Positions 26,143 to 35,892 of a stretch of DNA of 64,000 bases are shown here, piece by piece. The notes beneath the pieces were generated by a model, which saw only the letters and a list, made by a program, of their open reading frames with translations, searched no databases and was not told the DNA's origin. Positions within the stretch are counted from its first letter, which is position 1, and every line of letters begins with the position of its first letter. The translations under genes and the position numbers were made by a program. Location of the stretch: IMG/VR virus record IMGVR_UViG_3300010938_000951, positions 186,001 to 250,000 of that record, one strand, 5' to 3'.

Positions 26143-29100
26143 ATGACCGACTTTGTTTCTCTGCATAATCAGACGCAGTTTTCTATTCTTGATTCAATTA
26201 TTACACCAAAGGCCCTTTTCAAACGAGCAAAAGAGTTAGGACAAACAGCGATTGCAGTTACTGATCATGGCTCTTTAGCTGGAGCCTGGGATGCCTGGAA
26301 AGCTTCAAAAGAAACTGGTGTCAAACTTATTATTGGATGCGAGTGTTATTTTCAAGATGATGCATCTAATGTTAATGAAAAGTTCCGCCATATTGTATTG
26401 TTGGCGAAGAATGCCGTTGGATATCGTAATCTTTTGACGTTAAATAAGAAAGGTTTCGATCAGAGTTCTTTTGTAGGTAAGCGCGTTTATTCTGTACTTG
26501 ATTGGAAGTTGCTGGAGCAGCATGCTGAGGGTTTAATTTGTTTAACAGCATGTGGTAATGGTATCATCAGCCAACCTATTATGAAGGGTAAAATGGATGA
26601 AGCAGAGAAAACTCTATTGCGACTTAAAGATTTGTTCGGTGATAATTTAGGTATTGAAATTCAGCCTAACAATATGAAGCGCGGTTCAAATATTTTTAAT
26701 GATGAAATCGATCAAGATTTTTTGAACAGACAATTAGTGAAGCTTGGCAAGAAACACAATGTTCGTGTTGTGGCTGCCTGTAATGCTCATTATCTAACTA
26801 AAGAAGATGCGGATGTACATGATGCATTCCTTGCTATTGGTGCGCATCAACCAAAGCATTCTGGTTTTCGTTTAAAGTATCCTGTACCAGAATTTTATCT
26901 CAAAACTGGCGATGAAGTTAAAGAGTTTTTTGCCAGAGTGTATCGCGATGACGCACAAACATTCGTTGACAATTCTGTATATTTTGCTAATCTGTGTGAA
27001 AAGCCTGAGTGGATTGATCCAAAGTTTTCCAATCCATCTGGCAAAGAGCTTCCTGTATTTCCTGTTAAAGATGAACCAGATTATCTGGAATTCCGTGACT
27101 GGGTTATTCAGCAATCAGAAAGCATTCAAAAATTAGAGGAAGACAAGCTTTTCTTACGTTATCGTTGTATTAAACGTTTTGATTCTCGTGTAAAGAACCT
27201 TACTCCAGAGCAGCGTGAACAATATAATAAACGCATAGAAGAAGAGTTAGATGTTTTAGAGTACCACGGATTCTCCAGCTATATGCTCATTGTAGCAGAT
27301 TTTATAGAATGGGCTAGAAAAAATGAAATTGCTGTTGGTGAAGGCCGCGGCTCTGTTGGTGGTTCACTAGTAGCGTATTTGCTAGGAATCCATCAAGCAG
27401 ATCCGATTAAATATAATTTGATTTTTGCTAGATTCCACAACAAAGAGAAGTCCAGCTTCCCTGATATTGATACCGACTTTGCACCGTCTGGTCGTGAAAA
27501 AGTACAAAACTATCTACGCCAGAAATATGGTGAAGATCATGTGGCGCACGTTAGTAACGTAAATACTATTACACCAAAAGTGTATGTTAAAGACATTGCT
27601 CGTATTTTTGAATTTGGCGGCTCTAAAGAGGAGGCGTTTAAGATTGGTAATGAAATCGCTAATTGTATTCCGGCGGAAATTCATTCTATTGAGGATGCAT
27701 TGGCAAAAGTTCCGCTATTTGCGGAATACGCCAAGAAATATCCAGAGTTCGAAAGATACAAGGATATCTGTGGAAAGTACCGTGCTTGGTCCACTCACGC
27801 CGGTGGTATTATCATCTCCGCTCGTCCCCTGACTGGACTTGTTCCACTCAGAAAGGATAAGGATGGAGCACTAGCTATTGAGTATGATAAGGATAAGGCC
27901 GAAGAAAATGGTCTAGTCAAAATGGATACCTTGGGCCTTTCAACTTTAGATATTATTGGCCAAGCTATGAAGCTGATCAAAGAGTCTGGAAAGACTCTTC
28001 CGGAAGATATTAATTATGACGAGTACGATCAAAGTGCTTACGATGTAATTTCAAATGGCGACACTTTCTGTGTCTTTCAGCTTGGAACATCTGGTGGAAC
28101 TATTGATTTGTGCAAACAAATCAAGCCAAGGTCTATCAATGATATTAGTTATATTAACTCACTTGCTCGCCCATCTGCTCGCGATATGAGAAAAGATTTT
28201 ATCTTAACCAAAGATGGCAAGAAACCATTCGCACTACTACATCCTACTTTGGGTCGAGCATTTAATAATACATTTGGATTTGGTCTCTACGAAGAGTCTC
28301 TAATGTATTTAGCTCAAGATGTAGCTGGTTGGAGTTTGCACTCTGCTGACCGTTTGCGAAAACTTACGAAGGAAAAAGGTAAGAATCCCAAGAAAGCTCA
28401 AGAATGGCGCGCGGAATTTATTAAAGATGCCATTGCCAACAATGTTAATGAAAATATTGCTAAACGCATTTGGGATGAGGTCGTAGATAAATTCCAGGGT
28501 TATGGTTTTAATATGTCTCACTCTATCTTGTATTCTATGACAAGTTACAAGACAGCATACTTAAAAGCACACTACCCAATTGAATTTTTAATGGCCAACT
28601 TAATGGCTGAAGTTAAGTCTAATGCACCAGATGCAAAAGGCAATATTGAGAAAATCAAAAAGGAAATTCGTAAACGTAGAGTTAAAATTGTTCCGCCTGA
28701 TATCAATAAATCACAACTCGCTTATACTATCGAAGATGGTAACAAACTAATTACTGGGCTAGATGCTATTAAATTTGTTGGTATTGATGCCATTAAGGAT
28801 ATTATTGAGAAACGACCATTTACTAGCTTCTTTGATTTTATGTCTAGAGTTAGTTCGAAAACAGTACGTGCGAATAGTATTCAGGCTTTGGCGGCATGTG
28901 GCGCGCTTGATTCCTTCGGAATTTCTCGTAAGCTAATGTATCTGTATTGTTCAGATTACCGCAAGAAACTACAAGTGTGGCTTAAAAAGCACGATCCAAC
29001 TAAAGAAGAGTTTATTTATCCTTGGCCAGCAGAACCCAATTGGTCTATGCCGGAAATATATGCTTTAGAGCATTATTACCTTGGTGAATCATTTACTTGT

Positions 29101-29655
29101 AAACCTGCGTTAGCGTATGGTAAATTTTTTGATGGTGATGCTGTGACTGTTCAAGAAATTAAACGCATGAAAGATAAGGCCAATGTATCATCAGTGAAAG
29201 GTATTATTCGCGATTTCTTTGAATTCCGTGTTAAAAAAGAGGGCAAGTATTATGGTCAAGCCATGATCAAGGCTGTCATTGAAGACAAGAATGGCGATCA
29301 ATGTACTTTAACTATTTTCCCGGATCGTTGGAAAATCGTACAAGAACGAATTCAAGAACTTAACAAAAAAGCCGAATTCGATATAGGTATAGCATTGTTC
29401 TTCTCTGGTAACACGAATTCTTATGAAGACGACATGGGAATCATATTGGATCAATTATACCACATTGCATTACCGCCCTCTCTTCCGGCCGATCTAAAAG
29501 CTAAGAAAATAAACCTTAAAGAGGCAAAAGCTAAGCTTTTCGGAGAAGTACCCGAGGAAAAACCTAAGAGTCCTCAAGAGATACTTGATCAAATAGAGGA
29601 TACTTTATATGATGAGGGTCTTATCGACTTGGATGACGAATCTGAGGATGACTGA
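26143..29655 (+). CDS. dnaE: DNA polymerase III alpha subunit (family C)
   Basis: PHP domain (TDHG, HIVLLAKN), GRGS.GGSLVAY, PDIDTDF, STHAGG, KMD.LGL and YGFN.SH; AGGAGG SD before ATG 26143. Confidence 0.97.
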   Translation: MTDFVSLHNQTQFSILDSIITPKALFKRAKELGQTAIAVTDHGSLAGAWDAWKASKETGVKLIIGCECYFQDDASNVNEKFRHIVLLAKNAVGYRNLLTLNKKGFDQSSFVGKRVYSVLDWKLLEQHAEGLICLTACGNGIISQPIMKGKMDEAEKTLLRLKDLFGDNLGIEIQPNNMKRGSNIFNDEIDQDFLNRQLVKLGKKHNVRVVAACNAHYLTKEDADVHDAFLAIGAHQPKHSGFRLKYPVPEFYLKTGDEVKEFFARVYRDDAQTFVDNSVYFANLCEKPEWIDPKFSNPSGKELPVFPVKDEPDYLEFRDWVIQQSESIQKLEEDKLFLRYRCIKRFDSRVKNLTPEQREQYNKRIEEELDVLEYHGFSSYMLIVADFIEWARKNEIAVGEGRGSVGGSLVAYLLGIHQADPIKYNLIFARFHNKEKSSFPDIDTDFAPSGREKVQNYLRQKYGEDHVAHVSNVNTITPKVYVKDIARIFEFGGSKEEAFKIGNEIANCIPAEIHSIEDALAKVPLFAEYAKKYPEFERYKDICGKYRAWSTHAGGIIISARPLTGLVPLRKDKDGALAIEYDKDKAEENGLVKMDTLGLSTLDIIGQAMKLIKESGKTLPEDINYDEYDQSAYDVISNGDTFCVFQLGTSGGTIDLCKQIKPRSINDISYINSLARPSARDMRKDFILTKDGKKPFALLHPTLGRAFNNTFGFGLYEESLMYLAQDVAGWSLHSADRLRKLTKEKGKNPKKAQEWRAEFIKDAIANNVNENIAKRIWDEVVDKFQGYGFNMSHSILYSMTSYKTAYLKAHYPIEFLMANLMAEVKSNAPDAKGNIEKIKKEIRKRRVKIVPPDINKSQLAYTIEDGNKLITGLDAIKFVGIDAIKDIIEKRPFTSFFDFMSRVSSKTVRANSIQALAACGALDSFGISRKLMYLYCSDYRKKLQVWLKKHDPTKEEFIYPWPAEPNWSMPEIYALEHYYLGESFTCKPALAYGKFFDGDAVTVQEIKRMKDKANVSSVKGIIRDFFEFRVKKEGKYYGQAMIKAVIEDKNGDQCTLTIFPDRWKIVQERIQELNKKAEFDIGIALFFSGNTNSYEDDMGIILDQLYHIALPPSLPADLKAKKINLKEAKAKLFGEVPEEKPKSPQEILDQIEDTLYDEGLIDLDDESEDD

Positions 29656-29684
29656 TATATAAGACATTAGTTGATAATAAAATG

Positions 29685-29743
29685 CCCGACAAATCGGGAA
29701 AATGATATAGATGATATCATTTGTATACAAAATCTATGCATAG
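29685..29743. repeat. cluster of short palindromes
   Basis: CCCGA-caaa-TCGGG, ATGATATCAT, TTTGTATACAAA and CTATGCATAG, read directly. Confidence 0.8.
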
Positions 29744-29757
29744 TAAGGAATGAAGTT

Positions 29758-30702
29758 ATGCCAAAGATAAAGCTAAAGGAATGGGCCGATAGACACAATC
29801 TGTCTTACATTACCGCAAATAGACATTTCCACGCAGGATTAATTCCTGGGGCTAGTCAGCTTGACTCTGGCACAATTCTTGTAGAGGATGACTCACCGGA
29901 GCAAACTATGGCTGGAACTGCTAGCACAAATGATGCAATGTCTCTCTTTTTAAAGAAAACGGTTGAATTTAGTAAGAATAATTCTTCTGTAGAGGATTTT
30001 GCAGCTTATGTTATCTCGAATTTTAGACTACAATTGAATAATACCACTGAACATTCTCCTAGATATTCAAAAAATAGACCGAAATCAGAAGATGTACAAA
30101 AGCATTTCCAGCAATTTTTGCCAGATAAAGAGTCTCAAGAAAGATTAAAGGAAGTTAAAAACCTTATCAAGGAGGGCAAGCCTGCTGGTGAAGTTATCCC
30201 AGCCGGCCTGTCTCAACAGGCATCTGAACTATCTCAAGTATTAGGAAACGCTCCTCCATTTGAAAGAATTCATCCTGATCCAGATGGTTTAGGAGATGAA
30301 TTTAGACTTATGCTTTCTGAAGCAGCCGCAGGGATGGCTTCAGATGGAAGAACGCCTACTGAAGGTTTGGTATCACGAAGTGTTGATTTTAACACAACTC
30401 CACAACAAATCAACTATACCGGCTCTACAAGCCAAACCTTCAGTAGCACCTCTTCTATAATTGGTGGCATGTCTGTTAATGCTAGTCATTTAGCTGGGGG
30501 CGCCCCATTTGGAGAGGTTAGCACGAATGGAATATTTTTAGCAGCAACGCCAGCATCAGTTTCTGTTCCAGTTACTTTCCAGCCAACTCAAAAAGAATTA
30601 CTATCAGCCACTCAAGTTATAGAAACTGCCGAAGCTGATGATCTTAGTGAAACCAACGAATTCCCACGTAAGCGTGGCAGAAAACCATCCAAGAAGAGAT
30701 AA
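29758..30702 (+). CDS. DNA-binding protein: IS607-TnpA-like/MerR-type HTH, low-complexity middle, AT-hook-like tail
   Basis: IKLKEWADRHNLSYITANRHFHAGLIPGASQLDSGTILV; ends RKRGRKPSKKR; SD AAGGA before ATG 29758. Confidence 0.75.
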   Translation: MPKIKLKEWADRHNLSYITANRHFHAGLIPGASQLDSGTILVEDDSPEQTMAGTASTNDAMSLFLKKTVEFSKNNSSVEDFAAYVISNFRLQLNNTTEHSPRYSKNRPKSEDVQKHFQQFLPDKESQERLKEVKNLIKEGKPAGEVIPAGLSQQASELSQVLGNAPPFERIHPDPDGLGDEFRLMLSEAAAGMASDGRTPTEGLVSRSVDFNTTPQQINYTGSTSQTFSSTSSIIGGMSVNASHLAGGAPFGEVSTNGIFLAATPASVSVPVTFQPTQKELLSATQVIETAEADDLSETNEFPRKRGRKPSKKR

Positions 30703-30704
30703 GA

Positions 30705-31724
30705 ATGCAATTACCTAATCGTTTATCTCAGTTGTTACAGAAACAAACTGATAGATTATTAAAAGACCTATTGTCTGAGAATCCTGATGTTCTTAAGAGT
30801 TATGTTAATGGTGGTCTTGCTGCCGTCGGTGCAGTATTAGCGCCAATTAATGTGTTTATGAGGCATTTATTAACAGTTCAGGGACTAGATCCTGATGCTG
30901 TGCCAGGAGAGAAACAAAGGGCATTGATACGGGCAGCTTTCAATAGTACATTTGAAAATAATCACGAAAAAGATTATGATGATGATTATGATGTTTCTTG
31001 GGTTCATAAAAAGTATAATTCTATAAAAGACAAATTCAATGTCACAGAAGATAAGTTTATGGCCCTAACTGATTTGTCAAAATTAGATAATGCCCCTCCA
31101 GTTTTGACAAAAGTAAAATTTGATGAGCTGGTTCAAGATATTAATCCAGTAGCTCCCGAGTCTGAGAAGCGCGAATTGCCTTTAGTTAAAACATATATGC
31201 AAGATGAAATTCAGGCGCTTAAAGAATTTGTGGAGACTATGGATAAACACAGCCAAAAGGCTGGAATTAAAACATCTACTAAAAAAGCCAATAAGGGTAA
31301 GAGGCCAGGCGCTAGAGTTCGTAGGGTAACCAGCTCTACAACCATCAAAGATGAACCAACAACATTAGAAGTGAAGTCTGATCGTGTTGTGCGACCATCA
31401 TCTAAGAAATTGCCAGCTCGTAATTTGAAAGATTTAACCGCACAAAAGAAAGAGAAAGTTAAAGCTATTAAAGAAGCAACCCCTGAATTTCAAGCAGAAT
31501 TAAAAGCAAAATTAGCAAAAGCAACAGAACTAACTAGTCTTATGATAGAAAAGGGACTTTGCAGAGCAGATGATCAATCTCGTAAAGATCAAATTGAATC
31601 AATGTTGTCTTGGACAGATAATAATTTTGATGCACTAGAAAGAGTAATTAACAAATATTCTCCTACTAAAGATGCAGTGGCTGAGAATAAATTCAAGGGC
31701 TCTTTTAGAAGAGTTCAGAAATAA
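30705..31724 (+). CDS. hypothetical protein with a C-terminal domain paralogous to the scaffold C-terminus
   Basis: 20/52 gapless identity with aa 1134-1185 of the 59151 protein. Confidence 0.8.
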   Translation: MQLPNRLSQLLQKQTDRLLKDLLSENPDVLKSYVNGGLAAVGAVLAPINVFMRHLLTVQGLDPDAVPGEKQRALIRAAFNSTFENNHEKDYDDDYDVSWVHKKYNSIKDKFNVTEDKFMALTDLSKLDNAPPVLTKVKFDELVQDINPVAPESEKRELPLVKTYMQDEIQALKEFVETMDKHSQKAGIKTSTKKANKGKRPGARVRRVTSSTTIKDEPTTLEVKSDRVVRPSSKKLPARNLKDLTAQKKEKVKAIKEATPEFQAELKAKLAKATELTSLMIEKGLCRADDQSRKDQIESMLSWTDNNFDALERVINKYSPTKDAVAENKFKGSFRRVQK

Positions 31725-31731
31725 GGTACAA

Positions 31732-32187
31732 ATGCCAATTAGACGTGTTCAACAACAATCAGACAGAGGAAGTATTCGTGATTTGCAAAATGGAGATGAC
31801 GAAAAGTATCCTCCAACTGACTACGAATTACGCGTAAAAGAATTGTATGAACACGCTTTGGTTACTAAAAATCAAGCCTTAGTTGACTCCCTGGGCTTGA
31901 TTCCAATTAATGGTTCTGCTAATGATCCAGTTTCTATTTTTAGACACCGTGAATATATAAAGTCTCTTAGTTCAGAACTGGCGGATAAAATACAACAGAC
32001 AGCTAAAGAGATTGAAGGTTGTTTACATGTGGATGAAACGTCTTTGCCACAAGAAGTTAAGTGGTCTAGATATAAACAGGCTCATTCTTTGGCGGCTATT
32101 TGTGAGGATATTGATATAGTTAAAGTGGCAAGTGCTGATGGTGGTACTTATACTAGAGCGAAAAGAAGTTTTAGAAGGGTAATCTAA
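31732..32187 (+). CDS. hypothetical protein
   Basis: AAGGT SD before ATG 31732; ends KRSFRRVI. Confidence 0.7.
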   Translation: MPIRRVQQQSDRGSIRDLQNGDDEKYPPTDYELRVKELYEHALVTKNQALVDSLGLIPINGSANDPVSIFRHREYIKSLSSELADKIQQTAKEIEGCLHVDETSLPQEVKWSRYKQAHSLAAICEDIDIVKVASADGGTYTRAKRSFRRVI

Positions 32188-33020
32188 TGAAGTGTGTATC
32201 CTGCGAAACAGAAATTAATCCAAAATGGAAGCATGCGATAGACATAAATGTGTGTCCATTCTGTGGTAAACATATCATGGAAGAGCATCTTAAAAATTGT
32301 CTAACTACTTTGGCTGCTGCCATGGATGCTATGTTAAAATATCCTGAGCAGTTAGATGATTGGCTATTGTCAAATCATAATTATATCAAAACGGATTCTC
32401 CTAATCTGAAACAGTTTCTTCCCAAAGAGGCTTTTAAAGAAATTCGTAAAGAGCTTGATGAGCAAGAGTTTCAGGAAAAGAAAAAATCTATCGTCAAAAT
32501 TAAAGTACCTACTGACGACGGTGATATTGTGGAACAAGAAGTGGTTGTCGAGAAGATGGTTACTGATGACAGGACTCAAACATTCCATGATCGCGCAAAC
32601 AATATGTTGAAGCAAGAGAAAGCCGTGGATGGTGACCCTAAAAGTGTCGCCGCAAAAACTAGGGATCTTAAAGCGATGGCAGAAAAAATCAAGCGAGAAG
32701 TTGCCGCGCAAGCGGAAGGTGGTATGGCACCTATGATCAGCAAAGAGATGATGGCCGAAGCAGATCCAGAAGCTGTACGAGAATTTCAGTCCATGATTGC
32801 TTCTGGTGATATAGTGTCTTCAAGTTTGCCTGCTGCCGCTGATGGTGATGATGACGATATTCCAGATGTTGTATTGGCTATGGCTAATATGAAAAAATCT
32901 GGATCTAAAGATGGTGGGGCTAACGAAAAAGATTTACATGCATTAGCAAAAATGCAAGCTAAAGCGCAGGGAGCTTCTAAACGATTGGGTTCTGGTAAAG
33001 GAAGTTTTTCAAGGGGATAA
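32187..33020 (+). CDS. hypothetical protein with N-terminal zinc ribbon
   Basis: CVSC and CPFC; ends KGSFSRG. Confidence 0.75.
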   Translation: MKCVSCETEINPKWKHAIDINVCPFCGKHIMEEHLKNCLTTLAAAMDAMLKYPEQLDDWLLSNHNYIKTDSPNLKQFLPKEAFKEIRKELDEQEFQEKKKSIVKIKVPTDDGDIVEQEVVVEKMVTDDRTQTFHDRANNMLKQEKAVDGDPKSVAAKTRDLKAMAEKIKREVAAQAEGGMAPMISKEMMAEADPEAVREFQSMIASGDIVSSSLPAAADGDDDDIPDVVLAMANMKKSGSKDGGANEKDLHALAKMQAKAQGASKRLGSGKGSFSRG

Positions 33021-33023
33021 ACC

Positions 33024-33329
33024 ATGGCAGTCAGAGTCGTTGACAATAAGAAACTGGAAATGACAGATGATGAATGGGATATGTACCAAAAAATCTGCAA
33101 ATCATATACAGATATGACGGGTAAGGGCGAAGACCTTTTCATGGATCTTTTTGAGACTAACGATGATGGAATTATTGTTTTTCTAAAGCCGCCCTCTAAA
33201 AGAAGAACGAGCTTAGAAGTATTTTTATTTTTGATGTCATTAATGCAACACCAACATTTACGATTAATGCACCAACAAATTGATGAAGCAGTGGCCGAAA
33301 TAAAGAAAAACAATAAGGCCACTAAATAA
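33024..33329 (+). CDS. hypothetical protein
   Basis: AGGGG SD; tiles with neighbours. Confidence 0.7.
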   Translation: MAVRVVDNKKLEMTDDEWDMYQKICKSYTDMTGKGEDLFMDLFETNDDGIIVFLKPPSKRRTSLEVFLFLMSLMQHQHLRLMHQQIDEAVAEIKKNNKATK

Positions 33330-33383
33330 TTATTTGTCGAGAAAAAGTTCGCATAATTCAATTTAACAGGGAGAAAGACAAAC

Positions 33384-33893
33384 ATGAGCCAACCAGTAAG
33401 ACTAGGCGATGTTTTAGGTTCTAACCTTGAGGAAGATTTCAAGAATTTCGACCTCACGGAAATTCAAAAAGTATTAGAACAGCTAAGGGATGCAGATGCT
33501 ATTGATTTGGCACATGCAGAGCTTTTACAACAACAAGCATTAAGGGGAGCAGATATCTTAGCAGATTATCTAGCTAAGATGGTAAAGACAGTAGCGTATC
33601 TAGAATCGAAAGTGAATAGTACGAAGAATAAAGTGTCCTTAGATTATGTTGCGCCAGATGGCTCAAGAACGACAGTGGACATGAAGAAATGGGCAGGAGA
33701 ATCATCGCCCGAAGTCGAAGCAGTACAAATAAAATTAGCAGAAGCCAAGGGCGGTAAGATGGCCCTGGACCGAAAATACGAGATTTTAATCAAAGCTCAC
33801 CACCATTTTAAAGATATTGCGGGCGGGCTTCGAAAGACGATCCTCGGTTATAGTTCAGGGGCTGGCAACGCACCTGGCGAAGGCTACGAATAA
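33384..33893 (+). CDS. coiled-coil protein, possibly a UvsY-like recombination mediator
   Basis: All-helical heptad pattern and position directly upstream of recA; the function is inferred. Confidence 0.55.
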   Translation: MSQPVRLGDVLGSNLEEDFKNFDLTEIQKVLEQLRDADAIDLAHAELLQQQALRGADILADYLAKMVKTVAYLESKVNSTKNKVSLDYVAPDGSRTTVDMKKWAGESSPEVEAVQIKLAEAKGGKMALDRKYEILIKAHHHFKDIAGGLRKTILGYSSGAGNAPGEGYE

Positions 33894-33904
33894 GAGGAGA
33901 AAAA

Positions 33905-35104
33905 ATGTCAGATGATAAGAAAAAGAAAGCCGATAAGCTAACCGCATTTTTCCGAAGTTTCGCAGATGCAGACGCTCAGCTAGACGTTAGACTTGCCCAT
34001 GAAACCGTGGGAGAAAAGTTGCCAGTCATTTCGACGGGCTCATTAGCTCTTGATGATGCACTTTCATCCGGTGGATTGCCAAAAGGTAGATTAATTCAAT
34101 ATTATGGCGCTCCTGGTAGCGGTAAAACTTTGATGACCATGTTGGCAATCAAAGAAGCACAACTTCAAGATCCAACATCTCAACAAATGTTTATTGATGC
34201 TGAAGGTACTTTTGATGCCAAATGGGCAGAGACTTTAGGGTTAGATTCATCTAGAATTATTGTTGTTGACGGTGAAACGGCTGTTATTGGTCGTAACTGT
34301 TTTGAGATGATTCTTGGCGTTCCAAAAGAAGACAAAAAGACTCATGAGCTAGTCGGCAAATCGAAACAAGGCTTGCTCGATATGATTATGGCAGGAGAGT
34401 TTAATATCAATATGGTTGTATTAGACTCACTTGGTGCCATTATTCCACCAGGCGAAGATGTTTCGGTTGTTGGAAAGATGAATATGGCCTTATTGGCAAG
34501 GTTCTTAACTACTACTTTCCGTAAGCTTTCTCTTGATGCAAATAGAGCGCAAGTGCCATTTATTTTCATCAATCACAAGAAAGCTAATATGGATCCTTAT
34601 GGTGTGGACCATTCGTTCTCTGGCGGAAATACTTATGCTCACTTCTTGAGCGCTAACGTTTACTTTGAAGCGGTAGCACGTGCAGATGCACAAATCTTGG
34701 ATGAAAAAGAGCAAAAGGTCGGACATACGATGCGTGCAACCATTGAAAAATCGAAGTTTGGCCCTTACCCACGTAAGTGCGAATTCAAAGTTAACTTCGG
34801 AATCGGCGTTATAGATAAGCACGAAGAAATCGCACAATTAGCTGTTGATTACAATGTAATTGTAAAGACCTCTACTGTAACCCATGAATATGGCGATCAG
34901 AAATGGGTCGGATTCAACAAAGTGTGTGAAGCTATTAAAGACAATCCTGCATTAGCTGAGGAGTTGGTTGTTAAAATTGGCCAAGCTCGTGAAGCAAAGT
35001 GGGATGCAGCCCGCAAGGAACAAGAGGCAAAAAAAGCCAGTGTAACTGCCAGTGATGATGCTGGTCTTGAAGTAGAATCAAAAAAGAGTAAGAAAGGTAA
35101 GTAA
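33905..35104 (+). CDS. recA: RecA recombinase
   Basis: ISTGSLALD..L..GGLPKGR, YGAPGSGKT, FIDAE, VLDSL and KSKFG. Confidence 0.95.
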   Translation: MSDDKKKKADKLTAFFRSFADADAQLDVRLAHETVGEKLPVISTGSLALDDALSSGGLPKGRLIQYYGAPGSGKTLMTMLAIKEAQLQDPTSQQMFIDAEGTFDAKWAETLGLDSSRIIVVDGETAVIGRNCFEMILGVPKEDKKTHELVGKSKQGLLDMIMAGEFNINMVVLDSLGAIIPPGEDVSVVGKMNMALLARFLTTTFRKLSLDANRAQVPFIFINHKKANMDPYGVDHSFSGGNTYAHFLSANVYFEAVARADAQILDEKEQKVGHTMRATIEKSKFGPYPRKCEFKVNFGIGVIDKHEEIAQLAVDYNVIVKTSTVTHEYGDQKWVGFNKVCEAIKDNPALAEELVVKIGQAREAKWDAARKEQEAKKASVTASDDAGLEVESKKSKKGK

Positions 35105-35106
35105 TT

Positions 35107-35457
35107 ATGCCAATTGATTTGGGCCCTAATAGTCTTTTAGGTGCACAAGCACCTTCGCTCAAGAAACCTCCATTTCTAATTACATTAGAAGATGGTGTTT
35201 CAGGGAAGACTCGTAATTTTCAGAGATTTATTTCTTTGGATAAGCCTGAATCTGTAAACGGCTTTGTCCAAGTCAAAGGAATTTTCTGTGATAAAGACGA
35301 AGACGAAATAATCAAAAGCTTTGCGGACATCTTGACAAATACTTCTAAAGAATTAATTTTGGAGATGATGTTTCCGCTACACAGAATTCATAGCATTAGA
35401 AGTTTAGTATTTAATGCAGTGAAATCTGTAACAACCCCCAATAAAGAATCTAAGTAA
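35107..35457 (+). CDS. hypothetical protein
   Basis: 116-aa ORF tiling after recA. Confidence 0.65.
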   Translation: MPIDLGPNSLLGAQAPSLKKPPFLITLEDGVSGKTRNFQRFISLDKPESVNGFVQVKGIFCDKDEDEIIKSFADILTNTSKELILEMMFPLHRIHSIRSLVFNAVKSVTTPNKESK

Positions 35458-35486
35458 GATATTATGGTTATGAAAGCGAGTAATAG

Positions 35487-35807
35487 ATGAAAAGGAATGT
35501 TCGTAAAGTTTATCTAGGTACTGTTTGGCCAGACCCAGCAGACATAGATGAGTTGGTCTTTACAAAGATCAATACGGTATTAAGTGGCCAATCTGGTAGC
35601 AACTGGACTGGAACAATGTCAAAACTGATGACTGCTATTAACAGAGTTTCTAGCAGGCGTCAGAGAGATCAATTGCCCGGTTCCCCTGGTGCTCTCAGAG
35701 TGGTAATCAATAGAATAGCCAATAGGCTACGTAACAGAGGTATTGGAGTAAGATTTGGCCGTACCACTGACCACGCCCGCACTCGTTACGTAAGATTTAC
35801 ACAATAA
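35487..35807 (+). CDS. basic hypothetical protein, possibly winged-helix DNA-binding
   Basis: Arg-rich helix-helix-beta-hairpin pattern (W.GTMS.L...RLR..GI.V.F.R). Confidence 0.55.
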   Translation: MKRNVRKVYLGTVWPDPADIDELVFTKINTVLSGQSGSNWTGTMSKLMTAINRVSSRRQRDQLPGSPGALRVVINRIANRLRNRGIGVRFGRTTDHARTRYVRFTQ

Positions 35808-35892
35808 TGTGATAGAGCTACGATCGATTGTTTTGTTAAGTAGATAAACGTACTAGAAAAGTACAAAGAAGAAATAACATTTGGAGATCAAA

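Noticed and set aside
29671-30702. IS607 insertion sequence
   Set aside because: Only the HTH resembles TnpA; there is no serine-recombinase catalytic domain and no TnpB. The 29-aa N-extension in the ORF track is probably not translated.
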